From the human T2T-CHM13v2.0 reference genome, Homo sapiens: a stretch of 64,000 nucleotides of DNA. Each line of letters starts with the position of its first letter. Position 1 is the stretch's first letter. Shown piece by piece: positions 28,099 through 41,700 of this stretch. The notes beneath the pieces are model-generated. The model ran no database searches, was not told the origin of the DNA, and saw nothing but the letters and a program-made list of their open reading frames with translations. The stretch is from assembly GCA_009914755.4 (NCBI GenBank), contig CP068257.2, positions 12,768,001 through 12,832,000 on the forward strand, written 5' to 3'. The translations under genes were made by a program, and so were the position numbers.

Positions 28099-30551
28099 CA
28101 TCTTTTTTATTATATTAGAAACATTTTTTAAAAATATTAGAAATATCTGACACATTTTATGGAGAGGGAGTAGTAGTAATCCTACATCATCTGAGAAAGT
28201 ACATTTGGTCTGATCTGGATTCTTTCTCTGTGTGTCTTCTATTTCTCTTGTCCCATGTGGTCATCAATGGGATGTATGCTATTTACTTTTTTATTTTTTA
28301 TTTTATGTTTATGTCTTTAACCAGAGCGCATAAAGTGTGGAATCTTTCTCAACTGGTTTCCTTTGGAAGACTTGATTTTGTTCAAAATTTCACCAAATCC
28401 TGTCTGTGGACATGTAGTGCTTTCACGCCCTTCTTTCATGTACCTTTTTCCCACCCAGATTTATGTTCTCTTTGGCAACGCTGTTCTCTGTGGTGGCAGC
28501 AAACTCAGTGCAGTGAGGGAGGGGGAAATTTTATATCTTCTTTGTTAGTAATAAATACTTTCTGCCTGTAGTCCAAAATAAGAATAAATTACCCACTGTG
28601 CAGAAACATGGAAGTCATGATATTCTCAATAAAGCACCATTAAACAGTCCCCTGGCAGTCATGGTTTGGGGTGTTACTGTTTACAATACCGTGGGGGTTA
28701 CGTTTCCATTAGATTTTGAATAATTTAGCAATAAAATACAAATTGTTTATTCCATAATGTCTAACTTTATTTTGCACTGTTTACACTTTAGCATTTTACT
28801 AGTGTTGAGGGATGGCATCCAGGATATTTGCATCTTTACTTCTGACATTTATGTAAAAAAAGAAAGAATGGAGGAGACTTTGGGTTATCAAGCAAGTTGG
28901 CAATGTGGATGATTATAGTTATGGCTCTCAAGTTAATTCTTAAAAATTAGACCTTTCCACAATCAAATAAAACTGGATAATTGACATGTCTCTGAGTATT
29001 TTCCGTTCTAACAATATGTGGTACCAGTAAGAACTTTAATGCACGATATTTTATCCTTTGCTTGCTATGTAAGATGTCTCTAAATTTACTATTTACCTTC
29101 CTTTGGCCTTTTACCATGCTAGTTGTTTTATTTTTCTCATAACTAAGATTGCCTCATTCTCACAAACCTCCTTTATTTGGTAAACTTTTAAATTTGGTTG
29201 CCACTCTCTGGATTTCTTTCCATTTCTTGATGTACTTTGATGAAGAAAACTCAAAACCTGAATTCTTATGGCTTTTAAAATGCCAAGTAGGGCAAAAAAA
29301 ATTACCTCCCTTGTTTTTACATGTGATACTGTTATTAACAACTCTTCAACTTAGTGTGTATTTTTTGGGCAAGAATACTTAGTGTTGACTAATCATTTCT
29401 ATTTCCGTTTCTTTCCTTATAATCTTGAGGGCAATGCATAAAAAAAACAGAAAATAAAATTTAAAGCATGCAGCAGAGATGGAGGGGATCACAGGAAGGT
29501 GGTATTTTGGCTTTTCAAAATTAGCTTACCATCTGTGATATTTGCTAGGCAAATAAAGTTTGGGTATTAAATCAACAATATATTGACAATTATATAAAAT
29601 CTGAATGCCACCTTGCATCTACTATACTTTAGTAATGATGTAAATAGTATCACATTAAACATTCTTTTTGCCGATGCTATTATAATTTTACTTAGTTCCT
29701 GTAGTTCTTCAGCTTTTAGTTTTACACTTCCAACTAATCATCTCATTTTATCATTTTACTTTTATTCTAGATACAAGTCCATACTTACTGACCGTAAGTA
29801 TGAATTCAAGGGTATTTCATAGCATTTTACAGATTGTAAAGAGATTTCAGGTACATAATCTCACTTGATCCTACAGCCTTATAGCGTGGCCAGAAAATAA
29901 ATTCTTAGCTCCGCTTTACAGATGGAAATGGAGGCTCAGACGACTTCTCAGGCTGTCTAATGGATTAGCAAATGTGGCTAACACATGGATACCCATTAGT
30001 AGAACCTGGGCCAACAAACAGTTCTTTTGACCCCTGGTCTTTGCTTGTTCCAATACACATCTTCACAGAAAAGTTTGGTTATAATTTAGCTCTAGGTTTC
30101 ATCACTGAGGTCAGACTATGCCACAGCATGTTGATGGAAGTACTTAAGAGTAGATGGAATGAAAATGGAAAACATAAGAAGGAAGGAAGAAAGAAAGTAA
30201 GTCGAGGAAGGAGATAAAGAGAGCAGAGTCTCATGCAATTGCCTGTGGGTCAGTGGTACCACTGTCACAGGTCACCAATCCAAATTTAATAATTAAATAT
30301 AACTGAGCCGTTTATTATTTAATGTGTAAAAGATGCCAGTAGGAGGATATATGGGTATCTGTTACTTGTGTAACTAATATTCCCAATTCGTGTGTGTGAT
30401 TTATGTTTGTTATAGTAAGAAAATTAACCAACAAAATCTTTAAGCCCTGGACCTCCGAAATCACATGTATTCCTTTCTCAGGAAGAGGCAGAAGAGCCTC
30501 ACACACTCACCTCACTGCCACTGTGAGAGCTGCTTCCTGTCCTGGGACTAG

Positions 30552-30642
30552 CCTGGGTGTTGTTCCTCCTGAATTCAACCAATCCTCCCACCTCAGCCTC
30601 CCATAGTGTTGGGATTACAGGCGTGAGCCACTGCACCTAGCC
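30552..30642 (-). mobile_element. Short Alu fragment of about 90 bp on the minus strand
   Basis: It reads tcctcctgaattcaaccaatcctcccacctcagcctcccatagtgttgggattacaggcgtgagccactgcacctagcc. Confidence 0.75.
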
Positions 30643-33539
30643 AACACATATTTTTGAAACATGGTCTGTGACAGTCACAAAGTATGTAGAAATGAATAGG
30701 TATTTGTTTGAGGGAAGGCAGATGCTTATAATATATTTTGATAAAGGGACATTTAGTTGTATAAATAAGAAATCTTGCTTGGGAGGCCATCATCGCCCTA
30801 ATAGGAGGATTACTCATTTATCCACATTTGGCCTCTCAACCCCTTTCCTATTTTAGAAGGTGGCGTGAGAGTCCATTCTTGGAGTGACAGACAGCCAATG
30901 GCATTAAAGGTATTAAATACTTTACCCTGTTATGTTGTGGACTGGCAGGGGACCACTTTACTAGTTGGTAGGAAAACCCACTAGCACAAAAACTATTTTT
31001 AGTAGCAAATGTGCATTAAATGCTGTCATGCAATTAGACATCCTTGCAGATCAGGGACACAGTTAAGTAGACAGAAAAGTTAGTGGGATAATATTGTGGT
31101 ATTGAACTACACCAGGGATAATAGCATTGATTCACCCCAAAAGGATATTGTAAATAATAACCAATTAATTGTTGCAGAAATTTTGAAAGTAAATCAATGA
31201 AAATCAGGGAGACAGATTGGGCAAGTCAATGATTTTGTTCAGTTTTTTCGAAAATCCTCCTGAGTCCTCTGTGGTCAGGGTTAATGACATATTTGCAGTT
31301 CTGCCTATTAGAGGCCTTGAGAAATTTTATCTTGTTGTTGTGACCTGAGTGCAGACTCTTCTGAAGTACCTATGCTTTCTTCTTTGCTCATTACTGAAAC
31401 CTGAAAACAACAAGGCTGACAGTAGAAAAACACCTCTAGAAACCTCAGGGGAAAAATTATCCTTCAGTGTTTATTTTGCCTGAGGAAACAACCAGAAGTC
31501 TCTGATGATGAAGTGAAGGTCCATCATTTTGGAAAAGTGTCCAGGAAAGATGTGTTTTTCTGTCTCCTGCATTGCAGTCTTGCCATTCGCCTTTTCCTTT
31601 TCTCAAAATGCAAATAGCATGCATTGGCTTCTCTGACCCTCCGTCTTTCCTGTCATTCCTACAGTTATGTTGAGAAAATGACATCTTTACACAAGGTCAA
31701 GTATTTGCCATGTTAGAAACAATATTTTTTCCCAAGAATTCTGTTTTCAAGATACACAGGTAAGAAGTTAGTTTACTTAAATCCTTCAATCAACTTTTAT
31801 TTATTTGAACCATAAATAATGTACCCACTTTATAGAAATTTTGGATGAGTTACATGGAGGTTAGCGTTTAATGAAAGTTTTATCCTTCTTTACTCTGTCA
31901 TCTCTTTGAGTCCCTGGTGGTGTTCAATAGCCTAAGCATTCCTCCTGCTTGAGGTTGTTTTTAAGATATGGTAAAGTTATGAGGCAGTCATTGCAAACAG
32001 ATGAAAAATGACAGCAGCTTTAAGGACATGTGTGCACCTAAGGGAAGATTTTGAAGGTTTAAAATTAGCCAAAGATTACTCCTCAATTTTCTTCAACTCC
32101 CAACCAATATAAAGATACTCACTTTCTAAATAGACTAGCTGAAAATAATTTTAAAATGCTTATTATTGTACTAATTCATAATAAGAACAGCTTACATACA
32201 CTGGGTGCTTCCTGTGTGCATCTGATATGCATTATCTTATTTAATGCTCACCATGAGTGTGTATAGTAGATCTTTTAATAATCCCCCACTTTACTGGTAA
32301 ATTGGCTATCCCTTCACCTCACCCTTACATCATCACCAGTCCTATTGATTTGATTCTATCTCCAGTATACAACTCAAACAAGCCACTGAGCTCAAATCCA
32401 GGGGCAATGTGCTAATTTAAGTCACTATTATCTCTCACTTAGCCTGCTGCAATAGCAATTTTATTTTCCATTCTGACTCCCATCCAATTCTCTTAGTAGC
32501 CAGAATTACCTTTTAAAAATGCATATTGAGTCATGTGGCTCCTCCACAAAAAATTCTGGTCTGCAAAATTCTGCAGGCATTGACCCACCATGCCCTGCCT
32601 GTTCTGACCCTGCTGCTTACTTCTCCATTCTTACCTTTTACAGCCTCTTCTTGCTCACCCCATTCCAGGCTCATGGTAGTCTTTCCCTTCTAGAGCATGC
32701 ATTCTTGTCTTCACATGTGCTGTTTGTACCCAGGCTGCCTGAAGTACTCCCCCAGAATTTGCCTGGCTACTCTAAGTCCTTATTAGTTCTCTGATAAAAG
32801 ACTGCTCCTCAACGTTTCCCCAACTTAGCCATCTAAACGAGGTTGATTTGCTCTATGCTCTCATACAGTGTTCATATCTATATATTTGTATCTCTATGTC
32901 ATAAATTCTGTTGTTTTATCTACACAGGCAGATTTTTGTCTTGCCAATTAGTATGCAGGAAGACATTTAATGATTTTTTCACTGTAAGTCAAAAATCCTT
33001 TAAGATTTCATTAATAATTTTTGGAGGTGCTTTTTAAGAGTTGGTGACCAAAAGAAGCCAACGTAGCATAGTATGCTAACATTTTATTCTAAAATCCTGG
33101 TTTGCAGTGTTCTGTGGGAGCTTTTTCTGAAACCTCTGCCTTTCCCTACCCAAGTCTTAAGGCCACCCATACCTTGACTCCACCACCAATCAGGATCTAG
33201 CCAATACAGCAGGTGCAGGACTTCCCTTCCGAAATTACCACTCCCAACTCCCTGGGGCAGTAACACTTAACTTCCTCCGTCCAAAATGCATAGCAATTCT
33301 ACCTGGTCCAGCTTCTAGCTACAAACCCACACCCATTACAACTTGATCTACACAAAACAATCCAGCCACCAAAAACTGTTTAAAAAGCTGTGGAATATGT
33401 GTAACTTAGGATCTATTTTCTATCAGTATATCAAAGAGATATCTGCACTCCTATGTTATGTTTATTTCTGTGATCAATTATTCAATGAACGTCTTCTCAC
33501 TAGACTAAACTCTATAATAGCAGAAAACATTATTATCAT

Positions 33540-33625
33540 GTTTGTAGTTATACCTCCTAACCCTAGCACAGTGCCTGGATCATGAAAAGCAATCAGTACA
33601 CAGTTCTCGAATGAATGCAATAACT
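33540..33625 (+). mobile_element. MIR/L2-type 3' tail; ancient, and it may extend several hundred bp upstream
   Basis: It reads cctcctaaccctagcacagtgcctggatcatgaaaagcaatcagtacacagttctcgaatgaatgcaat. This resembles the MIR/L2 3' consensus ...cctagcacagtgcctggcacatagtaggcgctcaataaatatttgttgaatgaatgaat. Confidence 0.5.
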
Positions 33626-35293
33626 TGCACAAAATCACACAGCATTAAGTGTTGGACCCAGAACTTAAATCCAGATATGCATCTGATTCCAAAGGCCGTG
33701 CCCGTTTAAAAAGAATACCAAAAAGCCACAGCTGACGTAATTACTATGAAATGTGTATACAAACGCGTATGTGGCCTTACACAGATTTTATTTGTGTTTG
33801 TGAATTAAAGGTGTGCAAAATGTAGTTTTGGAGAGGCTGCATCTTGGTGACATGGCCTAAAATTCATTCATGCCTAAAAGAGCACCGGAGGCCATTATGA
33901 GAACGTGTAGATGTATTTTTGCTAAAAGTGATCTACTGATCATTGATCATCTCACCATCTTCCTCCTCTTATCGCATAATTAAAAACTAGAGAATGGAAA
34001 GAAATCTCCAGGATCATAAGACAAAATAATGCCCAGTAAAGTTTCTGTTTCAAGGAATTGAATGGCACTTTCCTGTCATGGCAATAGAAGATTTAAAGGC
34101 ATGGATTTATGTAAATTCTTTGGGGAGCTGTCACATGGCCCACAAGGTTCATCTTCAGTCAGGTATCAGAAGGTTCTGCAAAGAAGCATAGCAGATAACA
34201 TCTAGCAATACATAGGAGATAACATGTAGCAATGTTCTGGGCTAGCCAGTTCCCCAGGAGGCTCCCTCTGTGGTTTCTGAATGGCCCATTTCATTCTGCA
34301 TACAAAAAAAGAGCAGTGTTTTCTTTCATTAGGTTTTATTCTCATATTATCAATGGTAATTCAATTATTCATTTATCCATATACTGGTAGGTGATTCCCA
34401 ACATCATTTATTAAATTGAAAGTAACAAAATTCTAAGTTATACTTGCCACCAATCCAATTTCTCTTTTTTTGTTATAAATATAATACTTTAGAATATTTG
34501 GAAAGTATTGAAAAAAGTGGACTGATTATTTAAAAGTCTCCAAACCTATGGATATCCACAATTAATATTTTGATGTGTGTATGGACACATACATCTCAAT
34601 GCTCACACACACCATTACTACATGGTTAAAGAAACTGAGGCTTTCCCTTTCTATGAAACATAGCAGGAATTCTAGTATACCAAGACGAAGGGTTTCACAT
34701 TGCCTTTCATTCCATGTCAAGTGCAATGCTTAATCTCTACGCAGACGTGACCTGGTCTTCTCCCAGTCCTCCCCTGGATAAGTGGAATTTTCATTGGTTG
34801 GAGTGGTACCCTGACGCTAAGCTGTCTCTCTTCACTTAGCGATTGAGGGGATGATAAAGGGGTTTTGCTTATAGCTTAGCTCTTAAGGACTACAAAGCTA
34901 GGCTCTAGTAAGGGTCAAGATTGTGAGCCCATTTGTGAAATCAAGTCATAAGTCACTTTTGCCACTATTTGAAGTCACAAGATTCCCCCTTATTCAAAAA
35001 GATATACGTAATATACAGAGATAACAAGAAAGATTTCCAAACAAGATTCTATAAACAAGATAATTTAAACAAGATTCATGAAGATGTTACTCATTTTCTT
35101 GGTCCAGGTATACAGCTTATATTTCAAAACAATCTATAATTGCTTTATCTTACCTTGCTTATGGCAAACTCCTCTTTTTTCTATCTTGAGAAAATAAAGA
35201 CAACAGAAATGTCCTAGAACTATTTATTTAATTTAATTAATCAAATTTAACTCTTATAAGATACCTAAGGTTACATAATATATTTGCTTAGAG

Positions 35294-35653
35294 TGCCGTA
35301 ACAAAGTACCACAGACTGGGTGGTTTAAACGGCAGAAACTCGTTTTCTCACAGTTCTGCAGGCTAGGGGTTCGAGATCAAGGTGTTGGCAGAGTTGATTC
35401 CATTCAGAGGCTTCTCTTCTTGTGTTGTAGATGGCTGTGTTCTCACACGATCTTCCCTCTGTACATGTTTGTATCCTAACATCTTCTTAAAAGGACACCA
35501 TTCATATTGGATTAGAACCCATCCTAATGACCTCATGTTAATTCAATTATTCTCTTTAAAAACCTTACCTCCACATAAAGTTATATTCTGAGGTGCAAGA
35601 GGCAAGGACTTCAACATATGAATCCTGGGGGGAGACAATTAAGTCCATTGCAC
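35294..35653 (+). mobile_element. MaLR MLT1-type solo LTR on the plus strand
   Basis: It reads tgccgtaacaaagtaccacagactgggtggtttaaacggcagaaactcgttttctcacagttctgcaggctaggggttcgagatcaaggtgttggcagag...cttcttaaaaggacaccattcatattggattagaacccatcctaatgacctcatgttaattcaattattctctttaaaaaccttacctccacataaagttatattctgaggtgcaagaggcaaggacttcaacatatgaatcctggggggagacaatt. It runs from TG to CA and matches the MLT1 LTR consensus structure. Confidence 0.7.
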
Positions 35654-36416
35654 GTAGGTGGTGAATTAAGGGTCTGAGGTTTAAACAATGTTTTTTTTCT
35701 GACTCAAAGACCAGATTTTTTCACTGGACGAAAGCTGCCTCTATGTTGTTAATTCTCTTCTCCACTGCCTATATTCCATATCATTAAGCAACTTCACCTC
35801 CCACCATCCCAAGGTGGAGCTAGTTGCTAGTAAGATTTTGAAGAAATTAAAGTCCTTCCTCTCTTCAGAAGGTGGAGTAGATGAACTATAAGGATAAGAG
35901 GTGGCAATCCGTAAGTAAAGTGATTGAAATGCAGATTATGAAAGTTGTATCATTATTAGTCTGGAAAAGAGACATTTATTGAATGAATATAAATTGTTTG
36001 CCACTAACTGCTAGACTTATTGAATTCTACTCAACTAGTGAGATCTAGTTTAAGGGGAAAACAATAGAAAGTCCCTAGGTCTATCTAGTCATTGTTTTAT
36101 TTGTTCTTCACCATAACCTGTTAGGTGGATAAAGTTCCTTTATTTTTATCATTTTAGAGAATAAGGAGTAGAAGCTCAGAGAGTTTGTGTAACTTGCTCA
36201 AGTAGTGGAACTAGGACTCCAACCCATTTCTTTTGATTCAGAGTACAGTGATCTTTTGCCTGTACTTGCTGTCTCCCCATTCAATGTACCCACAGGATGC
36301 TGTGTGAAGTTCTGTAGGTAATTTGTAGATTCACCACGGGATGTGCTCTCAAAGAACTTTCTTTGTGAAACATCAAACTATCATACTCCTCACCCTCCTC
36401 ACTCTGCCCCTACTGA

Positions 36417-36796
<380 letters not shown>

Positions 36797-38254
36797 TGAA
36801 GTCTTATTTCATATTATACTTTTATTCATGTTCTAGAAGTGGGACTTACTCAGAAGTGTAAGCAACTGACTGCTATGGAGTATGACTGGAAAGTTCACAA
36901 GCTCACATCTGCCCTAAAATATCTCTCCACCTATCTGCCAAGATGCCATACTTTCTTTCAACCAACTTTAACATCTTATCTGTAAGCATACTAGAATTGG
37001 AAAAACAAACAAACAACAAAAAAACCTGGTTCAATTATTTCTATAACAGTGCCTTTCACTAGTGAGTGTGAAATCAGTTTTGCAGGTCAAAACCAGCATT
37101 TCAAATATGAAGTAGAAAAAATAAAATAGAAAATATTTAAGTGAAGTGCATGAAATTGGGGGAAATATTATTTCATGACATTTTGTTTCCATTTTTTTCT
37201 TTGTGTATGTGAGACCTCACATACTAAATCCTTATGAAAAATTTATTTCTTGGGAGATGACAGTGAAAAAAAAGGTTAAGAAGTAATCTTTTTTAAAAAA
37301 TAACTTTATGCTTTTTGATTTGAGGATTGTTTTGACAATATGATAAAAGTTATGGTTCTTCTCTCAAAATAAAGGCACACAAATCTACACACCTATGTTT
37401 TGGGTACAAACGTAAAGGGCTGATAAACCATATGACTCTCATCCACTGTGCTCAAGTTGAGGACATCTGCTCTAGCTAAAAATGGCATGTATTCTCTGGA
37501 AAGGGAAGAAATGGCCCTGGAGATCTCTTCTGTGCTCTTGGCCTCAACATTTAAATATTCAGCCTGAATGCCTTTAGTATTTTAAAGCTAACAGCATAGC
37601 CTGAAGCGGATGAGATGATGAGATGTTAGCACATTTGGTTAATAACTTTTTATTAAATAAAGTAAAACTAAGTATATGGCGATGTTCAAACCATTCCACA
37701 CCAGCTCCACTGAACTTACATTCCAAAGAGGAAGAAAGGCAATAAGCAACTAAATAATAAATGAATGAAGTAATTTCAGATAGGGTTAAGTGTTATAGAG
37801 GAAATAATTGGAATGATGAAATAGAGAAAACTGGAGAGGAGGTGCAATAAGTTAAGGAAGATACAGTAGTTTATTGTGAATGAAGGTCCAGGGAATGCCT
37901 CTTTTTTATTAGATATGATTACTGTACCAATATCTGTGGTCATGCCTCCTCTACCACATTACAACTATCAGTGCTTTACAATATTTCAAGAACTCCATGA
38001 ATATTTGTAGATTGGTGACTTTATTTCAGAATTGATGGAGAAAATATCATGGCTAAGAGTATAGATTCTAGCATCAGACTGCCTAAGATTGGATCCTTGC
38101 TTTGTCCTTTACTGACAATGTAGTTGGAGGGAAGTTACTTAATCTTGTTGACTTTCTATTTCTTCTAGTTTATCTCTAAAATGGGAAAAATAGTATTACC
38201 TACATGATAAGGAGGATTAAATAGGTTAAGATATGTAAAGAGCTTGTGTATTAC

Positions 38255-38700
38255 ATTTTCTGGTTATCCACTCCAGAATTCAGTGGCTTCAAGTAACAGG
38301 CATTTTATGATATCTCACAATTTTCTGGGTCAGAAATGTAGGCAGATCTCAAAAGGGCAATTCTTCTCCTTCATTCTTCTGTTTCATCGGTTGGCCATTG
38401 GTGGTATTTGGCTGGCAAATGAGCTGGTTGGGAGGTCCAGGTGGCTTTACCCACATATCTAGCATGTGTAGGTATGACTGGAAGGCTGAAAAGATTGACC
38501 AGATGTCCTACTTGTGACCTTTCCAGCAGACCTTCTCAGGATAATCAGATTTCTTATGCAGAAGCTCAAGACTCTGAGACAGAGTGTTTTAAGAAAAGAG
38601 AAATAGGTGCTGCCAGATTTTTAGGGGCCAGGTCCAGAAACTAACACAGAGACAGTTTTGTCCTGTTCAACTCATCAAAGCCATTAGAGATACAACCCAG
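38255..38700 (+). mobile_element. Diverged MLT1-like (MaLR) LTR
   Basis: It reads cagaattcagtggcttcaagtaacaggcattttatgatatctcacaattttctgggtcagaaatgtaggcagatctcaaaagggcaattcttctcc. This parallels the MLT1 motif cacagactgggtggcttaaacaacagaaatttattttctcacagttctggaggctggaagtccaag. Confidence 0.45.
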
Positions 38701-41700
38701 ATTGAGGGAGGAATTCTAGATTCCATCTCTCTATGGGAAAAATATCAAAAAATGTATAGCCATCTTTAACCTGCCACACTATCTACAGCACTTAGAAAGT
38801 ACTAGTTAAGACTCTAAGCTATAATTATTTTATCTTGTTTTTACCTTTCAAAAACTCTGGTTATGTTTATTTCAGATTGAGTAGCAAAATCAACCTTTAG
38901 CCTTGATTTCTCTTTACCTTTTCCGTCCCTAATTTTTAAAATAGCCCTCATCAGTAGGTGCCAGTTGGAGATTTAAAAACAGGCATGCCCTATACAAGCC
39001 AGTGAGTATTAATTGTGAGTGTTTCCCTCTCATGGTAGCAACAGTTTTTATTTATGTCATAAGTCACACATATCTTGGTTTCAGTATATTCATTGGTAGC
39101 CCATAATCCCACTAATATTACCACACAGCTGTGTGTGTTTCTTCTTCAGAGAACAAGGGAACAAGACTTAGCAGCAAGGTGATATCTGAGTACATTAAAA
39201 TTCATAGTGAACAATAAAATGTTTCTTGACCCATATACGACTTGACTGAACCCCAGTTTGTTACTTTTTTCTCCCCAATATCAACAAAATCTTCCAAATT
39301 AAAACAGCAGAAACACAAAGCCACATAAAAAGTTGAACGAGTTCACATTTTAAAATTTCTTGTAAAAGACTGATGATTGTGTGACCTTAATCTAAACAGA
39401 CATTTCCTGTAACCGCTTATGCCCCATAAGGAATCTGCAGCTAATAGGGCCTCTGCATTCTTATCTATTGGCTTGGCTGTCTGAATGAGTATGTATTTGC
39501 TTTGACCATCTGCTCCTATCCCTCATTTTTTATTTAATTTTTTTTCAGATTTAATACTGTCCTGAGGTACACAAATGCTCTTTTTGGTTTGTGAAGCTCA
39601 AGGTCAATTTAAAGGCAAGTCCCTAGAGAAGTGAGCATTTGTGACTAGGTCATCTATTTCCCTGAATCTGTTACAGCTTTTGAGACGTATGTAAGAAGGA
39701 GAAAGCAGATAAGCCAAATTGGTTTTTGAGACGAGGGGCACCTACAAATGTAGCACTATTGACCATGAAAGTGTAGCATAATAGTATTTATTTGGAAAAA
39801 GATCCATTTGATCATTTTATCCTCTGGGAAGCTACAATGTCTACATCTTTCTTTTATTAAAAAGTTCGTTAGAATGTAACCCATTCCACCCTCTTCAACC
39901 ACACCCCCGCCCACGCAGCCCCGGTTTTGTCTATTAAACAAATTCTGTTTTGAGATCATTTTCCCTAAGTTTCCCAGAATTACTACTCCCCCCTCTCAAA
40001 ACTGTTTTAATTTGTGTAACAAGGCTACTCCAGAGGGATATTTGCTAGCAGGAGTATTGATCCAGTAATGGAGTTGCAGTTCAATTGCGGTGACAAGAAG
40101 CCCGATTTTTTTTTTTTTTTTTTTCCTTTAAGGATGATCAAGATATTTAGATTCCAGAGGGTAAAATTTGCACATGAAATCACCTGATTTTCCTCGTGAC
40201 ATTACGTTTTACTGCTTAGGCAATACACTTGCCTTAGCAGTTTGTTAGAAGTTCACACATTTGCACCTTTTAAATAGCTTTCAAAAAGAAGGCTGTGATT
40301 CTCTCTCGGGGAGAGAAAAATTGCCCTCTCACAAGTGGGAAGTTGATATTCCTTGGAGACCACCGGTCTTCTCATGTGTGACATTATTCCCATTCTCATA
40401 CTGAGACTCTTACAGACTTTATGTGAAGCACAGTGTGGTGGAAGGAACACTAATGAGGAGCCAGGAGGCCTGGCTTTCATACTCTTCTGCTCTTCATCAG
40501 CTGCTGATGCTGGACTAGGCACTTAACCTTTCTGACGGTCCTCTTCCTCTGCCATTTTAAAACAAGCATAAGTTGCTATGTGATCTTACGGGCTCCTTTC
40601 CATTCTAAAAGACAAACCAAGGTATAACAAGCTTAAAATATTAATAGCTTTGGTATGAGTTGAAAATGGACAGTGTCAAAAAAAAAACTTTAAATCATTT
40701 TTGTTTTAATGTATTCCTTAATGCTAGTGTGAGAAACTCATTTCTTTCATCTGAGATTTTTAACCAAAAGCTGGCCCTGTTGTCCTCACTTCTGATGAGA
40801 CAATCTGAGAACCTTGCATAGGGTGTGGATGTGGAACATGTTGAGCTGATGTCAGAGTTTCAGTCACCTTTACACAGCAGCGTTTCCCATCAGACTGATG
40901 TTCACACTTCTATTTCTGGCAGCAACCTGCTTGGCCACAGGGTTTGTACAATTTCTCTTTTTTTCTCAACACAGCAATTTCCCAGTGCATGTAAACTCTG
41001 TGTTAATTATTTTGGCTATTAACTAGGAAAGAAGAAAAGCTCACATTTGCTAAATCCAGAATGACGGAGTGGATTCAGAAGTGCTCTCTCAACAAAGTGG
41101 TTTACACTCTGGAGCTAATGCAAACTCTCTTTGTTTCAATGTATTGCTCGCAAATATTGATTAATCATTTTTCTTTATTAGCTTATGCCCTCTTGGTGGT
41201 ATAATGCATTTGACTTTCCTTCTGTCTTCCAGGAGAGTGGGATATTATAAACCTGAGCTGACACTTCAGCAAAAGGGTTCCAGAGGTTTCTAGAGATGGG
41301 GAAACAGATGATTAATGTCAGTCTCCTCTAATAAAAAATAAACGTTAGAGAGAGAGGGTGTGTTTTTTCTTACGTCCTTTAAAACCTTGTGCTATGAGTA
41401 TGCGACAGTAGTGAGGCAGAAGACACTATGGTGAAATCATTCAGTTCAGGAGGCTCATTCTTCTATTAATTCCACAGTGCTTCCTGGACACAGTTTTCTG
41501 TGCCTTTTAAAGAAGGGCCAGAGGCCTATTCTAAAACCTGTATGGCTGTCAAATAAATATCACTGTGCCGGCAAAAGAGAGATTCTGGTTGAGGCCTTTC
41601 CCTCTTAACTACCTAAGGACTGTATATTTTTAGGTACAAAGGAAAGAATTAAGCTGCCTTTTGTGTCCCAGTTGATAAGCATAGTCTTAACAGTCAGAAC

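Noticed and set aside
39890-39925. GC-box and Sp1-like motif (ccccgccc) in ccacacccccgcccacgcagccccgg, a possible promoter
   Set aside because: It is an isolated 35-bp GC patch with no CpG island, TATA, Inr or downstream ORF. It is mentioned only inside the young-repeat-poor block finding.
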